Source: a virus
DNA length: 64,000 bases
Strand: one strand, 5' to 3'
IMG/VR virus record: IMGVR_UViG_3300037423_000480
Span: 9,223-73,222 of that record
The notes under the pieces were generated by a model, which worked only from the letters and a program-made list of their open reading frames with translations, had not been told where the DNA came from and searched no databases. The translations under genes and the position numbers were made by a program. Of the stretch, positions 8,520 through 16,504 are shown piece by piece (within the stretch, counting starts at the first letter, position 1; every line of letters begins with the position of its first letter).

Positions 8520-10702
8520 TGGCCGGCCCGCTCGATGATGTCATTTCCCTGCTCGGCGGCGCGCAGCCGCCGCAGGGCAAGCAGACGATCCCGGCGACCG
8601 ACCCGGTCTGGCAAATCCCTGCCGACGTGCAGCGGCAGCGAGACGGCGAGCGGCTGGCGCTCCTGCAGAACGAGCGCGCGCAAGCAAAGGACCCCGGCAG
8701 CCGCGCAGCACTGGACCGCGATATCTCTCGGACGCAGCAGGGTATGCGGCCGCAGAGTGGCCCGCTGGACGGCGTGCTGGCGATCCTTGGAGGAGCCGCT
8801 TCCGCGACCGTCAAGCCAGCGGCACCGACCGCGCCGGCCGAGCCGAGCACCTGGGACAAGGTCAAGGGTGCAGGCGAAGCCGCGCTGCACTTTGCATCCG
8901 CAATCCCGGCCACCATTCCGGCGTCGATCGCAGCGGTATCACAGATCGTCGGCGGCGAGGAGAAGTACGGGACCCAGGAACAGGTGCGCGCCGCCGCCAA
9001 CCGGTTCGGGCAGACCATGGACGACTTCTCGTACACGCCGCGCACGCAGGCCGGGCAGGACGCCACGCAGTGGGTGGGCGAGAAGTTGGAGCGCAGCGGG
9101 ATGCAAGGCCTTCCCATTCCGATGTTGAACGACGCCGGCGCCGCACTGCGCCCGGTTGCCGCGCTAGCGACGGGCGGCGCGCGCGCTGGCGCCGCTGCGG
9201 TGGCCGATGCTGTGAGTGCACGGATGGGTCGTAATGGCCAGGCGACAGCAAGTGATGCCAGTGCGCCGGCAGCCGCCGCAGGCAGCAAGCCGCGCGTCAA
9301 GCTGAACGTCGACGGCACCACTACCCCGATCACACCGGCCGCAGAAGCACAGCCGAGCACCGCCGGCGCCGCGCCGCGCCCCAGCGCTGCTGGCTCTCCG
9401 GCGCCGTCCGTGGCTGACGGCCCGCTGCCGGCCGCCGAACAGGCACGCCGCGCCCAGGTCCTGCGCGACATCGGAATTCAGGACGCGCGCCGCAGCGTGA
9501 TCACCGGCGACCGCAAGTCCGGCGCCACCGACTTCCAGACTTCACGCCTGGATAGCCCGGCTGGCCGACTGCTGGCTTCAAAGTTCGACGAGGAGCGCGC
9601 GGCACTGGAGAACCATGCCGATTCGATCGTGCGCGAGAGCGGGGGCACTATCGGCACTGATCAGTCGGCCTTATACGGGCGCGGCAACACGATCATCGGA
9701 CCACTCGACTCGCTCAAGCAATGGTTCGACGATCGCGCGGGCGCGCTGTACCGCGCCGCCGACGAACAATCGCAAGGCGTGCCCACCACGCTCGACCGCT
9801 TCCGTGCCGTGCTCGCCGACGATTCCGAGATGACGAATTCCGACCGCGTGCACCTGCGCGGTGCGGTGAACGCCTACGCGAAGAAGCTGGGCGTTATCGG
9901 TGACGACGGCAGTCTGTCCGGCAATGCCCAGCAGGCCGAGACAATCCGGAAGTTCCTCGGAGAGCACTGGTCGCCGGCAAACGGCAAGCTGGTCGGAAAA
10001 CTGAAGGACGCGCTCGACGAGGACGTTATGGCAGCAGCGGGCGGCGACCTGTATGGTCAGGCGCGCCAGATGTGGGCGCTGCGCAAGCAGACGCTGGACA
10101 ACCCGAACGGCATCGCCAAGCTCATGGACGCGTCCGGGCCAGAGGGGATCAACCGCGCGGTGCCGGTCGAGAAAATCCCAGATGCTCTGTCCGGCATGCC
10201 GGTCCGGCAGTTCGGACATGTCGTCGACACGCTGAAGAACCTGCCGCCCGAGCTGGCCGACCAGGGACAGGCAGCACTGGCCGAGATCAAGGCGCAGTTC
10301 GCCAACAAGGTGCTGGACGCCGGGCGCTCGACGAAGGGGCAATGGAACCAGAAGGCGGTGCGCGCCTACCTGGCCAACAACGCCGAACGAATGCAGCAGG
10401 TATTCACTCCGGAAGAAGTGAGCAAGTTCCGCACGCTGCTCGACGCTGGCGACATCTTGGCCACCGACCAGAGCTATCCGGGAGCCGCCGCGCAGAAGCA
10501 CAACCTGCTACGCAGCGGCACGATGCATGCGATCCGGACGGGTTCAACCACAGCCGGCGCGGCGCTGGGTGGCCCGATTGGGGCCGCAGTGGGCGCGGCC
10601 GTTGGAGAGAAGGCGGCAGGCGCGCTGGGCGACGCCGCTGCACTGAAGGCGGCGCAAAAGCGACTAGTGCCGCTCAGCAGTCTGCTCAACGGCGGGCAGT
10701 AG
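8516..10702 (+). CDS. Large DNA ejection protein
   Basis: 728 aa Ala-rich helical protein; coupled to upstream stop. Confidence 0.62.
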   Translation: MMAGPLDDVISLLGGAQPPQGKQTIPATDPVWQIPADVQRQRDGERLALLQNERAQAKDPGSRAALDRDISRTQQGMRPQSGPLDGVLAILGGAASATVKPAAPTAPAEPSTWDKVKGAGEAALHFASAIPATIPASIAAVSQIVGGEEKYGTQEQVRAAANRFGQTMDDFSYTPRTQAGQDATQWVGEKLERSGMQGLPIPMLNDAGAALRPVAALATGGARAGAAAVADAVSARMGRNGQATASDASAPAAAAGSKPRVKLNVDGTTTPITPAAEAQPSTAGAAPRPSAAGSPAPSVADGPLPAAEQARRAQVLRDIGIQDARRSVITGDRKSGATDFQTSRLDSPAGRLLASKFDEERAALENHADSIVRESGGTIGTDQSALYGRGNTIIGPLDSLKQWFDDRAGALYRAADEQSQGVPTTLDRFRAVLADDSEMTNSDRVHLRGAVNAYAKKLGVIGDDGSLSGNAQQAETIRKFLGEHWSPANGKLVGKLKDALDEDVMAAAGGDLYGQARQMWALRKQTLDNPNGIAKLMDASGPEGINRAVPVEKIPDALSGMPVRQFGHVVDTLKNLPPELADQGQAALAEIKAQFANKVLDAGRSTKGQWNQKAVRAYLANNAERMQQVFTPEEVSKFRTLLDAGDILATDQSYPGAAAQKHNLLRSGTMHAIRTGSTTAGAALGGPIGAAVGAAVGEKAAGALGDAAALKAAQKRLVPLSSLLNGGQ

Positions 10703-10843
10703 TTCCCAGTCGACCGGAATCGGCCGATCTTCCTCGCCGATAGGCGCCAGATCGGAGCTCGGTTCGACTGGTGGCGCGCTGTACTTCGGCTCACGCGCTC
10801 CGATGAAGCAGTAGACCAGCAGCAGCAACACAAAGACGGCCAT
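10664..10843 (-). CDS. 59-aa single-pass membrane protein (absent from the ORF track, which lists nothing under 60 aa)
   Basis: MAVFVLLLLVYCFIGAREPKYSAPPVEPSSDLAPIGEEDRPIPVDWELLPAVEQTAERH*; AAGGAG RBS 6 nt upstream. Confidence 0.65.
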   Translation of the reverse strand: MAVFVLLLLVYCFIGAREPKYSAPPVEPSSDLAPIGEEDRPIPVDWELLPAVEQTAERH

Positions 10844-10861
10844 TTGTGGCTCCTTGTTATG

Positions 10862-10888
10862 AGCACCCCGAGCGGGTGCTTTTTTATT
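10862..10888 (+). terminator. Intrinsic terminator-like hairpin before tailspike gene
   Basis: AGCACCC-cgagc-GGGTGCT + TTTTTATT. Confidence 0.65.
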
Positions 10889-10903
10889 GACCAGAGGAAA
10901 ACT

Positions 10904-12820
10904 ATGGCAAGCTTGATGCCAACCGGGAAGCAGCAGTATTTCAATCCTACGAGCGGCCGTCCCCTGTCTGGAGGACTGCTCTACACCTACGCGGCCGGCA
11001 CCTCGACACCGAAGCCGACCTATCAGGATGCGGCCGGAACAATTCCGAACACGAATCCTATCACGCTCGATTCAACGGGCTCAGCGCTCGTCTATTGGGA
11101 TGGCTCATACAAAGTCGTGCTCAAGGATTCGTCGGAGAACACGATCTATACCGTTGACAACTATAACGAGTTGTCTGGATTGCTGTCCGGCCCAACCGGT
11201 ACGTCGCTCGTCAAAGGTACATGGTTCGGCGGCGTCGTGAAGACCGTTTCGTCGCTGGCCATGGCGGTTGGCGCCTCACTGATTGGGTGGGCCAATGCCG
11301 GCACTGCCGTCTCCGTGGAACAAGGCCTTAACATTCTCTACGAAGGCAGTGCACACGTCAGTAACCCGCGTTTTGCCGGCGGCGCCAAAGGCGACGGCGG
11401 AACCGACGACACCGCAGCGATTCAGGCCGCAATCAACAACGGCGGCAACGTGCACTTCACGGCCGGGGCGACCTACAAGATCACGTCGCCACTGACGCTG
11501 GATATCTCGCTGGGCTCTATGCTCGGGTGCGGCAGCGTGATCGACGCGTCTGCCAGCGCGACCGGGGCGCTGCAGGTGTTCTCCAGTGCCACCTATGGTT
11601 CCCAGCGCCTGGACCGCAACTGGACCCACTGGATCGAGGGTATCGCCTTCGAGGGCAACTACCTCGCCGCGCAAGACCTGGTGACGATCGGGCATGCCGA
11701 CTACCTGAACAACAGCGAAATCACGTTCCGCAACTGCGGCTTCCGGCGCGGCGGCAAGCTGGTCAAGTTCATCGACAACGCGTGGCGCGTCAACTTCGAC
11801 CATTGCGGCTTCGAGACGCCCGTTAGCTACTACCTGCACTTCGACTCGCGCGCAAACGCCGGCGAGCTGATGCGCTTCTCGCACTGCTGGTTCGTCGACG
11901 GTACCAACGCCTACATCTACCTGCACGAGGGCCAGTGGGTGTTCGATACCTGCTCGTTCCCCGGTGGCGGCATCGGTGGCATCCAGTGCGTCGGCGCGCC
12001 GCACGTCGTGATCCGCAACTGCAATCTCGAGGCCCAGGCCGCTTCAGCGACTCAGTACATGGTCGAAGGCTATGGATCGTCCTTCATCCTGATCGACGGC
12101 TGCGTCATCTCTACCAACGGCGGCCAGGCCAAGCAGGCACTGCTTTCCGCGAACGACGCGTGCGGCCTACGCATCGTGAACTGCACGTTGCCACTGTACG
12201 GCACCGACCTGCGCTCCGAGACCAACAGCGGCATCCGGCAGCTCGTGGCTGGGAATTCTCAGTACGTCTCGGCAGAGAACAACTACATCAAGGGAACAGG
12301 CGCGAACGACCGTACACAATGGGCTGTGCTCGGAAAACAGTTCAACAAGCTGCGCAACGGCGACGCGGAGCTCGGCAACACCAACGGCTGGACCGTCACC
12401 ACCTACGGCGCCGGCGCGCCGAGCCTGACGCCCTTTACCGCCGTGGCCGCCGGCCAGAAAAACGGTTCGTACTGCTTCAAGGTGGATTGCACCGTTAGCA
12501 GCCAGGTCATGGCCAGCCAATTGATTAGCGGCGCCTCCGCCTACGTTGGCAGGGCCGTGGTGTACGGCATGTGGGCCAAGGCTGTCGGTGGCGTGGGCAA
12601 TGTGGACTTCCCAACGGTTCAATTTCTGGACGTGGCTGGTGCGGTAATCAGCAGCGCTGCGATTGCCACGTCGGCTGCGGATGCGGCGTGGACTTGGATC
12701 GGCGGCTACAGCGTGGTCCCGGTTGGCACCGACCGAATGCAGTTCTTGGTCGGCGGACAGGAGCAGGCCGCCGGCGCCCACCAGGTGTACTACGACGACA
12801 TCGTGCTGAACATCATCTGA
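10904..12820 (+). CDS. Tailspike / polysaccharide depolymerase (beta-helix)
   Basis: N-terminal head-binding-type segment, pectate-lyase-3-like motif 'GAKGDGGTDDTAAIQAAIN', C-terminal CBM-like 'LRNGDAELGNTNGW'; GAGG RBS before 10904. Confidence 0.85.
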   Translation: MASLMPTGKQQYFNPTSGRPLSGGLLYTYAAGTSTPKPTYQDAAGTIPNTNPITLDSTGSALVYWDGSYKVVLKDSSENTIYTVDNYNELSGLLSGPTGTSLVKGTWFGGVVKTVSSLAMAVGASLIGWANAGTAVSVEQGLNILYEGSAHVSNPRFAGGAKGDGGTDDTAAIQAAINNGGNVHFTAGATYKITSPLTLDISLGSMLGCGSVIDASASATGALQVFSSATYGSQRLDRNWTHWIEGIAFEGNYLAAQDLVTIGHADYLNNSEITFRNCGFRRGGKLVKFIDNAWRVNFDHCGFETPVSYYLHFDSRANAGELMRFSHCWFVDGTNAYIYLHEGQWVFDTCSFPGGGIGGIQCVGAPHVVIRNCNLEAQAASATQYMVEGYGSSFILIDGCVISTNGGQAKQALLSANDACGLRIVNCTLPLYGTDLRSETNSGIRQLVAGNSQYVSAENNYIKGTGANDRTQWAVLGKQFNKLRNGDAELGNTNGWTVTTYGAGAPSLTPFTAVAAGQKNGSYCFKVDCTVSSQVMASQLISGASAYVGRAVVYGMWAKAVGGVGNVDFPTVQFLDVAGAVISSAAIATSAADAAWTWIGGYSVVPVGTDRMQFLVGGQEQAAGAHQVYYDDIVLNII

Positions 12821-12830
12821 TAGGGCGAAG

Positions 12831-13076
12831 ATGGAAAACACAACCGCACAACAAAACGCGATTGAGCTCGCCGCCATGCGGGTCGAGGTGGCGCACCTAA
12901 AGCTGGCTGTGGCTGACCTCCGTGACACCAACAAGCAGCAGAACGAAAAGCTGGACAAGGTTCTGGCGCAGCTGGCTGAGGCCCGCGGCGGCTGGCGCAC
13001 CCTGATGTTAATTGGCGGTGCCGCCGGGACGCTCGGCAGCGGCATCACTTGGATTCTTTCACACCTGAGGACTTGA
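12831..13076 (+). CDS. Holin-like membrane protein (coiled coil + C-terminal TM)
   Basis: 81 aa immediately upstream of the endolysin. Confidence 0.55.
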   Translation: MENTTAQQNAIELAAMRVEVAHLKLAVADLRDTNKQQNEKLDKVLAQLAEARGGWRTLMLIGGAAGTLGSGITWILSHLRT

Positions 13077-13078
13077 CC

Positions 13079-13561
13079 ATGAGCTTCGACCAAGCTTTCG
13101 CCACCATCGCCAGCATCGAAGGCGGCTTCACCGACCGCGACCGGCAGGCCGACCCCGGCGGCGCTACCAAGTACGGCGTTACCGAGCGCGTTGCTCGCAG
13201 CTGGGGCTACCAGGGCGATATGCGCGACCTTCCGCTGGACACCGCCAAGGCCATCGCCAGGACCTGGTACTGGGACAAATACCAATGCGACCAGTTCGAC
13301 CCGCGCATCGCCTACCAGGTCTTCGATACAGCCTACAACGGCGGCTACCCGGTCAAGTGGCTGCAGGAGTGCGTCGGGTCGACGCCGGATGGCGTGATCG
13401 GCGCGAAGACCATCGCCGCGGTGCGTGCGGCCGACGCGGCCAAGGTAGTCGCGCAGTTCAACGCCAAACGGCTGCTGTACCTCACCGAGCTGCAGAACTG
13501 GCCGCAGAACGCGCGCGGCTGGGCGCGACGGATCGCCAACAATCTCTTGATGGGAGCATAA
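13079..13561 (+). CDS. Endolysin, glycoside hydrolase family 108
   Basis: 'EGGF...DPGGATKYGVT' catalytic motif and C-terminal 'ARGWARR' PG-binding motif; GAGG RBS before 13079. Confidence 0.9.
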   Translation: MSFDQAFATIASIEGGFTDRDRQADPGGATKYGVTERVARSWGYQGDMRDLPLDTAKAIARTWYWDKYQCDQFDPRIAYQVFDTAYNGGYPVKWLQECVGSTPDGVIGAKTIAAVRAADAAKVVAQFNAKRLLYLTELQNWPQNARGWARRIANNLLMGA

Positions 13562-13563
13562 GC

Positions 13564-14070
13564 ATGGAATGGCTTAAACAAATCGCGCCTTCGCTGGCAA
13601 CCGCCCTCCTCGGCCCGCTCGGCGGTGCTGCGGTATCCGCGATCGCCTCGGCGCTTGGCATGAGCGATGCCGATAAGGCCAAGGTCGAGGCCGCACTGAA
13701 GAGCGGGCAGCTCTCGGGCGAGCAACTCGCAGCGATCCAGCAGAAGGAAATCGAGTTCAAGGCGCAGATGGCGCAGCTCGGGGTCGACCTCGAGAAGATC
13801 GCTTCCGCCGATCGCGCCAGTGCGCGGCAGATGCAGGTCGAGACCAAGAGCCTGGTGCCGGCCGCGCTGGCGGTCGTAGTCGTGCTGGCGTGGGTGGCGA
13901 TCCAGTGGTATCTGCTCGGGCATGTGGTCGACGCCAGCATGCGCGAGCTGGTAGCGCGCGTGCTCGGCACACTCGACGCGGCGCTGACGCTGGTCCTGTC
14001 GTTTTACTTCGGGTCGTCGCGCGGGTCCCAGGACAAGGACGACACGATCAACAAGCTGTCCGGCGCATAA
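13564..14070 (+). CDS. Putative 3-TM holin (GTA-holin-like)
   Basis: N-terminal hydrophobic helix, coiled coil, two TMs, 'SFYFGSSRGSQDK' ending. Confidence 0.65.
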   Translation: MEWLKQIAPSLATALLGPLGGAAVSAIASALGMSDADKAKVEAALKSGQLSGEQLAAIQQKEIEFKAQMAQLGVDLEKIASADRASARQMQVETKSLVPAALAVVVVLAWVAIQWYLLGHVVDASMRELVARVLGTLDAALTLVLSFYFGSSRGSQDKDDTINKLSGA

Positions 14071-14088
14071 CCTCTCCCGCCTGGCCGG

Positions 14089-14565
14089 CTACTTCAGCGG
14101 CCAGAACCACACCTCGCTCGACAGCCAGTAGCAGTCCTCCTCGCAGGCCAGGTCGCTGGCTCCCCACGGCGCCACCATGTCGATATGCCCTTGCGGATCC
14201 GAGGGAGTCCACAGGTGGTGGAAGCTGATCACGCCGCGGCGACCGCGGATTCCCTTGTACGCCGCCGGGCCTCCCTGGTACTTTTCAGGCGCTCCCCACA
14301 GCCGCACCAGCATGTTGGACAGCTTCACCTGTCCGGGCTCGATCAGCTTCCCCTTGCATTCCCCGGCGAGCACGCGCACTCGGCCTGGCACCGGCACCCC
14401 GCAGCGCACGAGAGCGAGACTCATCCGAACTGCGCAGGTATTCGCCCACTGCGCGTTGGTAGCATACTCGGCGGGGTAGCCGATCCACACGTACAGTTCC
14501 TCGGCACTGATCGAGCGCCGGTCAGGGTACTTGCTGCGCAGGACAGCGTAAAGCGGCTTATGCAT
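14089..14565 (-). CDS. tae4: Type VI secretion peptidoglycan amidase effector, Tae4 family
   Basis: 'NTCAVRMS' catalytic Cys motif, 'GHID' His motif, 'CYW..SEVWFW' C-terminus; no signal peptide. Confidence 0.9.
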   Translation of the reverse strand: MHKPLYAVLRSKYPDRRSISAEELYVWIGYPAEYATNAQWANTCAVRMSLALVRCGVPVPGRVRVLAGECKGKLIEPGQVKLSNMLVRLWGAPEKYQGGPAAYKGIRGRRGVISFHHLWTPSDPQGHIDMVAPWGASDLACEEDCYWLSSEVWFWPLK

Positions 14566-14911
14566 GGCAGCACCTCGCCGTGCACGGCCACTTTTCGCGC
14601 CACGCCTGGATGGCCAGTACCGCGGCGCTTTGCCGGGCCTGCGCCGGCGGCAAGCTTCGCAGCTTGTCCGTCAGCGCAGGTTGCACCAGTCCGGTCCCGG
14701 GTTTGGTCGCGCTGTAGCACCACTCGCGATCCGCGGTGGCGTCCATCACACCCTGCAGGTAGGCGGAAGTCGCTGTTGCCTCGGCCTGGCTGGCCGGCCG
14801 ATCCAGTTTGCGCAGCAGCTCGGCGCCGCTCACCCATGGGAAGGGATGGGTCGCGACGGGTTCGGCAAATACTGGCAGCGCTAACGCCAGAAGAATGAGC
14901 GCGCGCATCAT
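14558..14911 (-). CDS. Periplasmic immunity protein, Rap1a/Tai4 family
   Basis: Signal peptide (MMRALILLALALPVFA), 'SGAELL...AYLQGVMD...C...WPC' pattern; start overlaps hcp stop (ATGA). Confidence 0.82.
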   Translation of the reverse strand: MMRALILLALALPVFAEPVATHPFPWVSGAELLRKLDRPASQAEATATSAYLQGVMDATADREWCYSATKPGTGLVQPALTDKLRSLPPAQARQSAAVLAIQAWREKWPCTARCCHA

Positions 14912-15399
14912 GCGAACCTGTTCGTGGCGAGATCCCAGCCGCCAGCCGTGTTGCCACTGGCACCGCCGCCCACCTTCTGCTGTGTATAGCGCCACCGGAT
15001 TTTCGAGAACTTCAGGCCCAGGTTCTCCATCGGCTGGCCACCGCCGTCGAAGCTCGGCGCCACGTGCGCGATCAGCACGTTCTCGAGCTCGATCTCGTAA
15101 TACTTGATCGGCTGCCCGTTGCCGTCCGCGCGCTGCATTTCCAGCTTGGCCTTCGGGATCGTTTTCCCCATCGCGCAATACTGCGCCAGGATCGGTGACG
15201 ACAGGTCGACCAGCTTGGCGATGCTGATGTCGCTCAGCTCGGCGCGCTCGGCGGTGTGGCCGCCGCCAGTCGATGCCGTGGCCGATTTAGGCTGCCGGAT
15301 GTCGTAGTTGATCGACATGCACTCAATCCAGCCGGGGTGCTTCGAGTCCCCCGACTCGCCCTTGATACCTTCGATTTGCAGGTAGAAGTCCGCTGCCAT
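14908..15399 (-). CDS. hcp: Type VI secretion tube protein Hcp (Hcp1 family)
   Basis: 'FYLQIEGIKGESGDSKHPGWIE', 'KLVDLSSPIL', 'Y.IELENVLI', 'GWDLATN' hallmarks; GAGGAG RBS. Confidence 0.96.
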   Translation of the reverse strand: MAADFYLQIEGIKGESGDSKHPGWIECMSINYDIRQPKSATASTGGGHTAERAELSDISIAKLVDLSSPILAQYCAMGKTIPKAKLEMQRADGNGQPIKYYEIELENVLIAHVAPSFDGGGQPMENLGLKFSKIRWRYTQQKVGGGASGNTAGGWDLATNRFA

Positions 15400-15462
15400 G
15401 TTGCCTCCTCGTTAGTGATGAGGCATCGTCGCAGGATTGCGTTTACTGCAACTTGTTTACGG

Positions 15463-15675
15463 TCAAGACTCGCTCGGCGGCAGGTCAAGCGGGCGGCGTC
15501 GGCTGGGCTCGGCCAGCACGCGCACGATGGTCGAGAAGCTGGCGCCGGCTTCGGTCAGGAACGTGCTCGCGGCACGCTGGCCGTCTTCGTTCAGCAGCTC
15601 AAGTGCCTGATCGACCGCGCGGGCCAGTTCTTTGTTGGCACGGCTGCCGGGATGGGGGATGGCGAAATTAGTCAT
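15463..15675 (-). CDS. Hypothetical helical protein (70 aa), upstream of hcp
   Basis: ORF with TATTCT -10-like hexamer 6 nt before ATG. Confidence 0.55.
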   Translation of the reverse strand: MTNFAIPHPGSRANKELARAVDQALELLNEDGQRAASTFLTEAGASFSTIVRVLAEPSRRRPLDLPPSES

Positions 15676-15740
15676 CCGCGCAGAATAGCGGCCCGGCGCC
15701 GCGCCAAAGTGCGTTGGCTCAACAATGCTACACTCCGCGC

Positions 15741-16040
15741 ATGAAAGTCACCGTCACCCGCCTTCGCGAGCGCGGCAAGCGCCGCAGCGACCACCAGATA
15801 GCGGCCGACCCGGGCACGGTTGGCGACCTCACGATGGCCGCTGTCGGCGGAATCATGCAGCTGAACCTGGCCGCTTTTGACGACCAGCAGATGAAGCCTC
15901 TCATCCCGGTCCTGTATCAGGCAGAGCTCGTTACCATGCATGGCAACGGCATGCTGTTCCGCGGCTACGAGAGCGTGGACGGCGCTGGGTATGTGCAAGA
16001 ATGGCGGGCGATCCTTTACACCGGAGGCAGGCATGGGTAA
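15741..16040 (+). CDS. Hypothetical prophage protein (99 aa)
   Basis: ATG 6 nt after extended -10 TGcTACACT; plausible protein composition. Confidence 0.6.
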   Translation: MKVTVTRLRERGKRRSDHQIAADPGTVGDLTMAAVGGIMQLNLAAFDDQQMKPLIPVLYQAELVTMHGNGMLFRGYESVDGAGYVQEWRAILYTGGRHG

Positions 16041-16272
16041 CGCAACCGAGCTCGAACGGGCAGTCGACAAGCTCCATCGTGTGCTGCATAGGCTGAACGT
16101 CTACAACGGCGCGGCGCTGATTCAGGAAGGCGAGCGTGTGACGATGGACCTGGGCGAAGAAATTGGCGATCTGAAAGATGCCCTGCGGCTGCTGGGCGCC
16201 GATCCGGGCACGCACGTGCCGCTACCGCCAGAGGACCCGGCATGGACTACGCGCACGGCGGGTGATTCGTGA
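16033..16272 (+). CDS. Hypothetical protein (79 aa)
   Basis: GGAGG RBS; overlaps upstream gene. Confidence 0.55.
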   Translation: MGNATELERAVDKLHRVLHRLNVYNGAALIQEGERVTMDLGEEIGDLKDALRLLGADPGTHVPLPPEDPAWTTRTAGDS

Positions 16273-16303
16273 CGCGTTCCTGCCGAACTGAGCAAATCGG
16301 GGC

Positions 16304-16325
16304 TCAGGGAAAAACTCAGGGAAAA
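16304..16325 (+). repeat. Direct repeat pair TCAGGGAAAA (12-bp period), candidate integrase arm sites
   Basis: Exact 10-mers at 16304 and 16316, ~80 bp left of the att core. Confidence 0.55.
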
Positions 16326-16406
16326 TGGAGTGGTAGCGCAGGGGTACTGTAGGGGCCGCTTCCCTATGAGCGACTCCCCCGGTTTCCCCTTACTTACCCT
16401 TGAAAC

Positions 16407-16450
16407 AGGTTCATAGCCTATCGGGGGTTCGAATCCCCCTCTCTCCGCCA
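16407..16450 (+). other. att core: 3' fragment of tRNA-Ser (variable arm, T arm, acceptor 3' strand, CCA)
   Basis: AGGTTCATAGCCTATCGGGGGTTCGAATCCCCCTCTCTCCGCCA; no D arm, anticodon arm or 5' acceptor strand upstream; adjacent to integrase. Confidence 0.88.
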
Positions 16451-16458
16451 AGGATTCT

Positions 16459-16484
16459 AAGCCCCTGATTTCAGGGGCTTTTTT
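16459..16484 (+). terminator. Terminator hairpin after att core (could act on both strands)
   Basis: AAGCCCCTGA-tt-TCAGGGGCTT + TTTT. Confidence 0.75.
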
Positions 16485-16504
16485 ATTTGTTCCGCCGCTT
16501 TCGC

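Larger units (their letters stand above)
1..16450. mobile_element. Prophage 1 (P22-like podovirus, late region and right end; 5' part outside window)
   Basis: P22-type gene order coat/gp4/gp10/ejection/tailspike/lysis on + strand, followed by accessory genes and a tRNA 3' fragment. Confidence 0.88.

Noticed and set aside
14908-15399. Hcp as the tail tube of prophage 1, or as part of a full T6SS cluster
   Set aside because: Prophage 1 is podovirus-like with no sheath or tape measure gene, hcp is antisense to the late operon, and no tssB/C/M, vgrG or PAAR gene is present.
16360-16451. Complete tRNA-Ser gene, and ORF 16122..16451 (-) starting MAERGGFEPP
   Set aside because: Only the 3' 44 bp fit a tRNA; the D arm, anticodon arm and 5' acceptor strand are absent. 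The ORF is the usual antisense-tRNA artefact.
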